Below, piece after piece: positions 49,322-59,725 of a stretch of 64,000 bases of DNA. Source of the stretch: Yuukianura sp. NJ FZ-2021. Lineage: Eukaryota. The position numbers were made by a program, and so were the translations under genes. Numbering within the stretch: the first letter of the stretch is position 1; the number at the start of each line of letters is the position of its first letter. Below the pieces are notes generated by a model that saw only the letters and a program-made list of their open reading frames with translations, made no database searches and had not been told where the DNA came from. The stretch covers positions 3,162,001-3,226,000 of the forward strand of contig CM102284.1 of the NCBI GenBank assembly GCA_046563655.1. Reading direction: 5' to 3'.

Positions 49322-49613
49322 CTTGAACGTGAATCGACCTTCTCGTGATGAAAACTACTGATTGTGATGTTTATACCTTTGTGATTTAAGTAATTAGTAA
49401 TACTAAACACTAAATTTTTGTACTTAATGGCCCGGATGCGAAATCGAAAGTATTGGTTCAGGCCATTCTAATTCTCGGAAAAGGGAGAACCTCGTTCGTC
49501 GCCTCAACGCAAGTTCGACTGTAACGATCCCTGAGGCTATAAGTTAGGTTTTTTAAAACCCCGAATCCGGGAGACGCACCTTCAACATGAGATAACACCT
49601 TAGGGAGGGGTCA

Positions 49614-49975
49614 CAAGGTCATAGGTAATAGGACAAAGAATGATCTACTCATCGAGGCCAACAACTTTTGTAGAGGTCATTTTTTCGATTGACAGGACAT
49701 TCTTAGTTGACCTTGACCTTTGACCCGAAGAAAAGGTCACAGAAAAAAATGGTCTTAATGAAAGGTGTAGCTTTTGACGAGAGGAAGAACTTTCGTAGAA
49801 ACCATTTTGTCGGTTGTCAGGAAAGATCCCTTTTGACCTTGACCTGTGACCTCAAGGAAAGGTCACACGAAAAAGTGGTATTTATAAAAGTTGCTTATTT
49901 TTTCAAGAGGAAAAACTTTTGTATAGGTCATTTTGGCGGTTGTCATGGAGGGAGCATGTGCTGGTCGAAAAAACG
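49614..49975. repeat. ~126-bp tandem repeat (about 2.5 units), dispersed-repeat or transposon-internal type
   Basis: Units start TTGACCTTGACCTTTGACC at 49707 and TTGACCTTGACCTGTGACC at 49833, each with AAAGGTCAC..AACTTT.GTA...CATTTT; partial unit upstream. Confidence 0.75.
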
Positions 49976-51209
49976 ACTTAAAAACAGACTGCGTTTCTAA
50001 GGATCCAACCACAAAGTTTTAAGTGGATGCTATCCTCTCCTCAACATCGGTAAAGCAAGCAGCTCCCGTCAGTTCTTCTGTCTTCTCAGTTGTCCTGTCA
50101 GAGTTGTTGGATCGAATATGGCCACGTCACTTTTACTTAAATCTACGATTTTAATCGTTGCAGCTTTCCTTGTTGTCGAATCTTACGAATAAAACATCAC
50201 CCACATTTTTAGAATAGTAATTCTTTTTCCTTGTTTTTAAAAAAAAAGAAGTGATTTGTGATTTTTAAATTGCGATATTTAATTATTGAATTGGACTTAC
50301 ATTATGTTACATTTGGAACCATTTGTTTACGTAGATTTTAGTAAAGGTATGGGATTATTGCCTTTCGGTTCTTCGGATACTCCGGAAACTTTCGTTTGTA
50401 CCACAAATGGTTCATCCCGCCAGCAGTAACCTTTGAAGGAAAAATCATCATGTACATCATTTTATTTACATTTTACTTTACTAGTTGTGACTCACGACTC
50501 CTGACTTTGTGTGACTCCATTCGTGACGATTCGCATTGAAATTCGATTCTTACCTGATTTGCAATAACCCAAAACAAAACTGCGAGCCTGCAGGAGTTCT
50601 GAAAAGACAGCATGAGGGCAAAGGCAACGCCGAGTAACATGGAACGGAACAGGAACAGAAATGACACTATATAGAAGTGCAGTTGAATGAGGGATCACTG
50701 AAAACAGCACACAGAAAAGACATGCATATTAAAACCGCAACTTGTCGCATACGAATTTCTTTTCTGTCAACTTACGAAATGTGTTTTGAGAAGTTGCTAC
50801 AGCCTACAGCCATCCGTAAATAAATAAATTATAAATATATAAATGTAAATAAAAAGATAGGTTTGGATCCGACCCGCGGACATAGAGATTCAGGGTGAGG
50901 AAAATGCCGGACTGCACGATGGCGATGTAGAGGTAAAAGTGGGAGAACCAGCTACAAAATTCAAAAAATTGTTCAACGTTAGTTTCAATTAGAATTCTTG
51001 ATAAAAAGATTTAGCTGTTTTAACTTTTTGGAACATCGATCCATCGTACAAACGCAGACTTTTCCTTGGACGGAGCATTGGCTTTTCCGTAGCGACCTAA
51101 CTGGAGTATCACAGCCGGCACGGTAATAATTCCATATTGGTGATGATGATTGTGTCGAGTATGCTGATAATTATTCCGTTTGGACACGTAGTGATTTTGG
51201 TAATAAATG

Positions 51210-53588
51210 TTAAAGAAAATTCCGCCGGGGTCGCCCGAGTCTTTTCAATTGCCCGTTAGTGTCTCGGACCTTCTTCCACTTTGGCCCGACGGAAGCCACG
51301 ATCCCAGCGACTAAAATTGAAAAAAATATTTGCAAAATACAAAAAAAAACATCTGCAAAATCGATTTCTGTTTAACAACTGGCAACGGCATATTTGATCG
51401 TTTTCACGGAAATCCCTTCGCGGAGGAATCGGAGTGGAATACGGAGATTCCTTTTACCTTTCGTACAAACATACGAACAGTTGCCGATGTCTTGGTTATT
51501 TACTTCAATTAGAAATTAAACTTCTGAAATATTTGCTCAGTTTGTAAAATTTGTGCCAGCGACCCTTAGCCCAATTTATACTTTTCGTTTCCCTGGCGTT
51601 TCCTGGGCAAAAGTTTGTCGTAGGACACGATTTTAAGAAAAACTTCATTACGTTTGTATTTCAAATTCCGTTGTTATAGACGTCTACGACAAACTTTTGC
51701 CTAGGAAACGCCAGGGAGCGAAAAGTATAAATTGGGCTTAGGATGGACTTAGAAATACGATTAATACGTCGATCCTACGATTTTTAACTGATGTTAGAAA
51801 ATGGTCAATTTTTAGTAGTTATCAGACTTCTTTCTTGCCGAGCTAACAGAACCTTAAACCTTCAAGTTCATTTGCGAAATACAAAGCCGCTTACCTTCTT
51901 CCGACGCCGAAGCTAGCGCGTTGGCTGCACGAGTAGCTGCCCGCGTGTTCACTGTTACAAAGGAAAATACGGCTTTGATTTAAAACACAATACTTATAAG
52001 TAACAACGTCATCCTTGTTTAGAAGAGCTAACTTTAACTCGTGTAACGAAATATTAAAATATCAAACTAAACAAATCAAGGTTTTAATTGACTCACCTTG
52101 GTTACCAACTGGATTGACCTCAGCACCGGCTGCAGGATTCACTGAGAAAAGAATGAGGTCGTGATACATTAGTGCTCAGGTTATGTTAGGTTCGTAACGT
52201 AAATTTCAATTTTCAAAAGTAATTTAGTCTTTAACATACATAGTATATGTAAAAGTTAGCATGTTAAACTAATAAATAAACTAAGGTAAGAATGGGAAAT
52301 TTCTGTGTTAATAATCTACTATACATGTGTAAAATGAAGTAAGCATCAGCTAGCTTCCACTACGAGGAAGTTTACATGTAGCGGAAATTAGCTAGCATCA
52401 ATCGTTAAACTATTACAAGAGCTAACCAATTGACATTGCCTACAAAATTAAACCACGAGATGAAATCTTAATCCAAATTTAACAATTTAAATCAAGGTTT
52501 GTTAAATTTGATTTGCTTTAAATCAAATTCAATTTTTCGTTTAAGGAAGCGTAAATTTAAATTTAAGGGATTTTCGATTTTTGATTGTCGGTTTTTGGAT
52601 TTTCGATTATTGGATTGTTGGTTATGAATGACCTGCTACGGAATTTAAATATTTCAGCTCCAAGCTTGTTTAACTCGAAATTTTGTTTATTTCTTATTTC
52701 TTCTTCATATTATGAAAAAATATTTCATAATAATTAGTCAGTGACACCAAATTAGTATGTGCTTCAAATTCAAATGGATGAATGCCACGAAACTGTCTAA
52801 ATTAGGTTTCAACCGGGTTTTTGTTTTCTAAAGGACCGGGGGCGCTCATAACGTTTATACCTACATTTACAAATTAATAATTAGTTCAGTGACTCAAATT
52901 CTCAAAGAAATTGTTCTGAAGGACGCAATTCTCAACATTATATAAATTTTCCAAATGTACATGTTGAAAATAACACTTCTTTACAATTTTTTGACTCAGG
53001 TTTTGTAACTTACGTGAACTGACTGAACTAGAAGCTGCGGAGGACTGCGAAACTCTGGCAGTGCCAGAGCCAGTGGCGTTTCGAACGGGTGGCGGTGGGG
53101 GTGGGCCCATCGATGCAGTGGATGAGACTGGGGGAGGTGGTGGAGGTGGTGGATTGACGGGAGTTGATGCCATAACGGTCGAAACACCAAAGTCCATTCC
53201 AGAAGAGTCTGATGTGGCTGAATTCCTGGAACTATCAGTTGACGGAGGTTGAGTCGAGTTATTATTTACGTCTTCCGTAGAGTCCGTAGACTGCGTGAGT
53301 CTACGAGTCGGTCCCCGTTTGCGTGGAGGACCAGGCGGCACAACAGCTGCTAGAAGGTTAAAAAATTAAAAAAAAACAATTATTAAATCCACATTAACTT
53401 TCCAGGGAATTGTGTTTTCTTACATCTAACTCTCTTGCGTAGTCTCCCGCAACCCCGGCAGATCCAACTTCCTCCACAAGAACAATTGCTCCCCTTTAAA
53501 ACAAAATTAAATAAGTTAAGACAATTGAGTGGCACAAAAGTCATTGCTCAAAAGTTCTTACCCCAGAACTGCCAGTTGAATCGCTCAT
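51210..53588 (-). CDS. Orphan six-exon low-complexity protein (211 aa) inside the TIR element
   Basis: Exons 53588-53562, 53493-53424, 53349-53014, 52141-52097, 51951-51895, 51310-51210, all GTRAG..AG and phase-compatible (636 nt): MSDSTGSSG|GSNCSCGGSWICRGCGRLRKRVR|SAVVPPGPPRKRGP..Ser/Pro-rich..|LNPAAGAEVNPVGNQ|VNTRAATRAANALASASEE|VAGIVASVGPKWKKVRDTNGQLKRLGRPRRNFL*. Confidence 0.7.
51564..51742. mobile_element. MITE-like hairpin with ~58-bp inverted arms, in an intron of the cargo gene
   Basis: CCTTAGCCCAATTTATACTTTTCGTTTCCCTGGCGTTTCCTGGGCAAAAGTTTGTCGTAG ... CTACGACAAACTTTTGCCTAGGAAACGCCAGGGAGCGAAAAGTATAAATTGGGCTTAGG; no clear TSD. Confidence 0.75.
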
Positions 53589-53717
53589 GGTGTAATGTCT
53601 AAAAAGGAGAACTATGAACTAGGATAGGATTCGTCCTTGACTTCTGCTCCCTTAAGGCCCCTCTGCGGTTGGATCCTAGAAACGCAGTCTGTTTTTCTTT
53701 TAGTGCGAGTTAGGTTA

Positions 53718-54139
53718 TCAAATCTTCTTTTCTTCGGAATCGCCTAGATCGAGGAAATACTCGTCCAAATCCTCGTCTGCGTCTCCAGTGGCAGGCAGCA
53801 AGGCGAAGATACTGTCCACGAACTCTGTCTCTCGTGTCCGAATGTCAAGGACTTTACGAGTTGTTCTGCATTTCAGTTTCGGATGTTATGTCAGTTTTGG
53901 TAAACAAAAATTTCAAATAAAAAATCCCGCGCAAACTTGAAGGTCTCACTATTACTCTGAAACTGTCGGAAACGTAGTACCTTGTGCGATTAAATTTATT
54001 TCCCTCCGGCTCGTTTATTAAACATCCGAAAAGATTGCAATGCAAAGAATCCTTACTGCAACCGCAGCTAAAGAATCCGCCCTATCCGAGGATTAGTTTC
54101 CAAAAAATAACTTTGTAAACTTAAACTTACTGATTTCAT
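53718..54139 (-). CDS. Candidate three-exon micro-gene (~85 aa) with an acidic C-terminus, divergent from UBA3
   Basis: ATG AAA TCA|GTAAGT (54139-54131), exon 54081-53981 and exon 53865-53718 join in frame: MKS|GGFFSCGCSKDSLHCNLFGCLINEPEGNKFNRTR|TTRKVLDIRTRETEFVDSIFALLPATGDADEDLDEYFLDLGDSEEKKI*. First intron is only 49 nt and the acceptors are weak. Confidence 0.3.
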
Positions 54140-54216
54140 TTTGATAATATTTTGGTTTGTGAATGCGAGCTAGAGCTGTGGATATTTGATTATTCAACAT
54201 TTGATATTTATTCAAA

Positions 54217-56049
54217 ATGATCAACACTTCGTACTCTGTAGAGGTTTCCAGTGACCGCTGGAACCATGTTAGGAAACTTCTCGAAAGGCCAAGCCCTTTT
54301 TGTCACCCCGACTTTCAAGCGTCGCCGGATAACTTGGATTTCCTTGCAAACAACTGCAAAGTGTTGGTCGTAGGGGCCGGCGGTCTTGGATGTGAGCTGC
54401 TGAAAAACCTTGCCCTTCTTGGTTTTCGTCACATTCATGTCATTGATATGGATTTGATTGATATTTCAAATTTAAATCGGCAGTTTCTTTTTCGAATTGC
54501 TGACGTTGGAAAACCTAAAGCTGATGTCGCGGCGGCGTTTATTAATAAACGGGTACAAGGCGCTCAGGTTGTTCCGTAAGTCTATGCTTGCACTGAACCT
54601 ATCTCTTATTAGCTCTAGGTAGTACTAGTCTCTCTAATCAAATTCAGATTTCATTTTAGTAATAATTTAATATTACCCCCGCCCGTCACATTTATTAATT
54701 AACCGATGTAAAGGTGATGAACCGTGACATTCCATTTGTTTTTACAGACACTACGAGAAAATTCAGGACTACGACGTCAGTTTCTATAGCCAGTTTCATA
54801 TCATGGTGTGCGGTCTCGATTCCATTGTGGCTCGAAGGTGGCTAAACGGAATGTTAATGTCGCTTCTTCAATACAGCGAAGATGGATCGCTTGATCCGGC
54901 CTCCGTCGTACCAATGGTTGATGGAGGGACGGAGGGGTTTAAAGGAAACGCCAGGGTTATTATCCCAACATTAACGCCGTGTATAGAATGTACACTTGAT
55001 TTGTATCCTCCGCAAGTAAGCTTAAAGTGATTCTCAGATTTAGTAAAACAACAACTGTCTAACTTTGAATTATATACTTCCAGGTGAATTTCCCATTATG
55101 CACGATTGCTCACACACCAAGACTGCCAGAACACTGCGTTGAATATGTTCGAATTCTTCTTTGGCCAAAGGAGAATCCATTTGATTGTGCCATTGATAGC
55201 GATGACCCTTCGCATATTAACTGGATTTATGAAAAGTCGCTTGAAAGGGCTACCGAATTCAGTAATTTTGTAGATTTATATCTAACTTGTGTGGGACCTG
55301 CACGTGAGACTGTCAGAATTTTGGTTTATTGTTTTGCTTTGTTTTTGTAGAAATTACTGGTGTTACTTACCGCTTGACTCAAGGCGTTGTGAAACACATC
55401 ATTCCCGCCGTTGCGTCTACAAATGCAGTTATTGCGTCCGTATGTGCTACAGAGGTGTTCAAAATCGCAACGAGTTGTTGCCGAACGCTGAACAACTACA
55501 TGGTCTTCAGTGATATCGATGGGATTTACAGCTATAGTTACGCTGCCGAGAAACGGGTTAACATTTTGTTTTTCATATTATTCCGTATTACGTTTGGAAT
55601 TAACAGCGTGGAGTGTATTATGTTTTAAAACTTCTTGATTTTAGGAGGATTGTATAGCATGCAGCCAAATCACACGTACACTAACATTCAAACCAGATGT
55701 CACCTTGAACGAAGTGATTGAATTCTTGAAGGAAGCTAATGACTACCAGATGAAAGCCCCTGCAGTCACAACAGTCGTTGATGGGAAACAAAAGACTTTA
55801 TTCATGCAAGTCATTCAGCAAACTGAAAGAAATCTTCCAGTTAGGTTGGCAGGTACTAACAGTCAATCACTAATTAGTAATAATAGTGTGGAAAACAGTT
55901 AATTTGGAGCACCGTAAAGTGAAGGGCTACACTACACAAGGTATTATTTGTTACCAGATCTCGGGGTCTCGGAAAACGGCGAAATTACAGTGGCGGACTC
56001 AACTACACCCAAAACTTGCTCTTTTAGAATCCACTATGAAACTGTTTGA
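54217..56049 (+). CDS. UBA3: NEDD8-activating enzyme E1 catalytic subunit
   Basis: [58 protein letters not shown], catalytic [29 protein letters not shown]; stop at 56049. Confidence 0.97.
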
Positions 56050-56467
56050 ACCAAGTATATAGCCGACCAGGTTCCAGCAACATTTGTGTCTAAGATTTCA
56101 TACTACTTGTCTGTATAATAATATATATTTCAATACTTGTCTCGATGTGGGGATTTCGGGGTTCAGTATTATACGCTAATGTCAGACTTGTACTCTGCTG
56201 AAGTTACGTATGTTGGAAAAATAAGTGAACGGAATATGAGTTACTTATTCCATTTTTCATCGCAGAGACTATACGTATTTACCCAGTAAAGAACGGCCGG
56301 CCAGACAGACTGCCTAGTTCGAGCCTTCGCTAACCCCAATATTTTTGCTTTTAAGTTTGGAAGCGATGCCCAATATTTACTTCGTGTATGCCGTGAAATA
56401 GTCTCATAAAGTAATTCAAAACATCAATGTTGACACGGAGTATCGTAGGAGGAGACTGATAACGAGG

Positions 56468-58684
56468 CTACACTTCGTTGAAGGAAGATTCCAAAACGTT
56501 TTCCTTAAAGAATTGAGATAGTATTTCTGACTTTCCGGCAGCCTGCTGCTGATGACCAACAGGTTTGAGTTGTGAGTTCGTCACGGCGTACTTGTCACCG
56601 GAAATTGGAGCGGCAGGATGGTGTGTGTACATGTAGATCTACAGCAAAAACAATGAGGACTGTTATTATCGAACAGCCTTTAATTGGAATTCCACATTGG
56701 AATATTCAGAGAGAACTTGCAACTTTGGTTTTACGAACTTGGAAATTCTTAGTTTTGGGACGGAATACGGTATGGAAGGAGAGGAATTAAAAGATGGAGT
56801 GGAGAGCTTGATTTATCTTCAATGCTGCATTAGTTGGAAATCTTAATGCAATGAATCTGTTTTCACAACTGAAGGAGACTTTTTTTTCACCTTTCGGCCT
56901 TCCACCTTCCTTGCCCTTGCAGCGTTCCGAACTTTGTTAAGAAAATCTGGAATTGCAGTCATGGCAGCCCAGTTCAGAAGCCATCCAGGAAGAGATAGAC
57001 CAGGATTGTCGAAATAGGTCAAGCCAAATTCCACGCCAGGCTAATGGAATTTGAAAAAATCAGTAAATATAAGGTTGTAGGTTGTGTAAACAAATGTTTG
57101 CAACGCGATACGCGATGCTCACCTTATGCAACCCTTTGACGCCTTTGATGTGCATGACACTCCAGTACTCTTCTACTCTCACGACACCTTTACATAAAAG
57201 AAAAAAAAATTATGGTGAATCTTAGAAGCGAAGCGGGATACACACAAAACATCAAATTCCATAGATTGGCCGCTTCTGCAATATATTGTGAGGTACTATT
57301 TATTTTACAAACTAAAAATTTAACACTTACCCTTTGCAACCGGTACCTTTGGATGAACAACAGCTCTAAAAAAAAAGCAAGAGAATCTAGTAACCTCCTT
57401 TTCGTAGCGAATTTTAAAGTTAGAAATGAAATGACCTTACTTGTTCATTATAACCATTGTTCCATCTTTCTCATGAATTAAGTGTCGTCGAGCGAAACAA
57501 TAATCACGATTGGAGAACATCTTAGGCCACTGTACAAATCGGCAGTATAAGTATAAGAATTAAACAAGTTGTATTTATAAGCGTTTTTTAAGATAATAGT
57601 GTGCATTCCCCGGTGATTTAGTACCTTCATCTCCCAATGGACGATGTCTTCATGAGTCTTCGGATTTGATTCCACGATATTCAGCTTGAGAGCAGAGTTG
57701 TCCCACTTCTTTCGGTAGGTAAGGTCTAGCTGTGTCTCGAGGAAGTCTGCTGGGCTAATGTCATCGTAGTACCCGTAAACTATTCACAGTTTTAAGTTAA
57801 AATTTCGACAATACTAGTGCAATGCTACTACTTTTTTTTTGTTAGTATTTGTCATTATTGGAGACCAACCTTTGTATACGAATAACCCGGGCCTCAGCTC
57901 GTGTGGTTGTCGCCATATTAGCAAATCTTGAGTTTCAACATAAGGCACCCATGAGAACTCTGCGCAAATTAAGCCCAACACATATAAGTACACCATCATC
58001 GTCGAAAAAAACTACAATATGCAAACACAAGTTTTGCTGAACTTTGTCTACCTTCAATTTTTCTAGTGTGTACAGAAGGTGAATCCGGGCAGTGGCAATA
58101 CTTGACATTGGGCAGCTTCTTGTCAACCACATATCGGTCTCTACAGCTAGGACAAACAACTGTAGCAGCCGTCAGTTCATGGATAAAATCAAGATCCTTA
58201 AAATGCCTAAAATGATATATAACTTGAATGTGGAGATTAAACATGTATACAAACTTGAATCTGGAAATTCAACAAGATGTATACAAACGTCTGTCTGAGT
58301 AACTTACTTGAGTAGCTCGGACTTATGAATAGCAACACCGGAAGCACCAATATTCTCATTTCTCTCCTTCGTATTTTGATCGCATAAGGATACCGCAACT
58401 AATCCTAAAAACCATCGCTTTGAGTTGCCTTTCGCAGTTGATGATTTAGGTGTAGTAGTCCATAGCTTGGAATGCAAGTGGACAATTTGATAGCTTCGGC
58501 GAGCTCTCTGAGCAAATATCGGACTTGTTTCTTTGGCTAAAAAGGATCCCAGGAGTTGAAATCCTTTCCGTATAGCTGAAAGATCCCACGACCTCCAATT
58601 GATTTGGGCTTGGAGCTCATTTCGAAAATATTCGGAGTACCGATTAAATGTGCGCCCATTCCATCCTCGTATATTCCGGTTCAT
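56468..58684 (-). CDS. STARD7: START-domain phosphatidylcholine transfer protein, STARD7-like; 3' end uncertain (56843 or 56468)
   Basis: Presequence-like N-terminus with AQRARRSYQI, START domain (WVPYVETQDLLIWRQ, TQLDLTYRKKWDNSAL, DIVHWEMK, MFSNRDYCFARR, FGLTYFDNPG..WLLNWAA..IPDFL). Confidence 0.82.
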
Positions 58685-58972
58685 GTTTCTCAGATTTTGA
58701 TGCACGAACGACCTTTTAAATTGGCAAAGCACAAATCAAAATCATTATGAATTCCTACATAAATCTAACCGAAACACAGTGCAGAATTAAATGCCGTTTA
58801 GCAGTTAGTACCCTAGTGCGACTCTTCAAATTAATAGCGACAGCGGGACACCAACCACAGTCAGGATTTTTTGACACTTCCTAACTGGATTCGGATTCCA
58901 GCTACTGCTGGAGCTGGATACCTTCGCAGTCCACTCGAAACACAGTAAATTGCTTTTTAAATAAAAGTTATC

Positions 58973-59725
58973 GGTTGAAGTAAACTTGAGAGACATGATT
59001 GTCCCCACCCGTTCAAATTTTCGCGCTGCTTCCATTGTCCCCACCCAGTGTCCCCACTTGGTGGGGACAAATGTGTCCCCACCAACCTTAAGCAACGACT
59101 CCCCCTAACGATTGGTGTCGAACTAACGAATTCGAGCTGGCAACGTTGTAGTGTTGCTTCAATGTAAAAAACCAGATGCAGAAAACGCCACTAGGTACTA
59201 GGGCACATGTAATCACTATTGCGAGACTTTTAGTCAGCCAAACCTACAGACGTAATCACTATTGCGTGCTTTACCAAACCTAACACCGCGCCTTCGGCGC
59301 GGAAACTGCATTGGACCAAGGAGTTTCGGGCTGAAACTACACGAAGTTTCTTTGCAGTTTCCGCGCCGAAGGCGCGGCGTTAGGTTTGGTTAAGTATACA
59401 ATAGTGACTATGTCTTTAGGTTTCGCTGATTGTCCTACAATAGTGATTTTGTCTGTAGGTTTTCTGACTTAGTTAGTATCACTATATTTATTACCTGTGC
59501 CCTGGGTGGGGGCAATGGAGAAACGGTACGACGTTGCCAGCTCGAATTCGCTAGTTCCACTTCAACCGCTAGGGGGAGTCGGTGTAAGGCTGGTGGGTAC
59601 AGTTTTGTCCCCACTTGGTGGGGACAAATGTACCCACCCGGTGGGGACGCTGGGTGGGGACAATGGAAGCAGCGCGAAAATTTGAACGGGTGGGAACAAT
59701 CATGTCTCTCAAGTTTACTTCAACC
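58973..59725. mobile_element. 753-bp foldback (long-TIR) non-autonomous DNA transposon with 8-bp TSD
   Basis: Begins GGTTGAAGTAAACTTGAGAGACATGATTGT, ends ACAATCATGTCTCTCAAGTTTACTTCAACC; arms complementary for ~335 bp with internal TGTCCCCAC and TCACTATTG repeats; AAGTTATC at both 58965-58972 and 59726-59733. Confidence 0.92.

Larger units (their letters stand above)
49980..53696. mobile_element. Putative non-autonomous TIR DNA transposon, 3.7 kb, carrying a spliced gene
   Basis: Left end AAAAACAGACTGCGTTTCTAAGGATCCAACCACAAAG; reverse complement of right end AAAAACAGACTGCGTTTCTA-GGATCCAACCGCAGAG. CTT flanks both sides (49977-49979, 53697-53699). No transposase ORF seen. Confidence 0.72.

Noticed and set aside
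49707-50000. 97-aa ORF with internal repeat; repeats superficially array-like
   Set aside because: Translation of a 126-bp tandem repeat; no unique spacers or cas genes, and eukaryotic context, so not CRISPR.
58221-58290. Two ~31-bp tandem copies in STARD7 intron 1
   Set aside because: Simple local duplication with no further structure.
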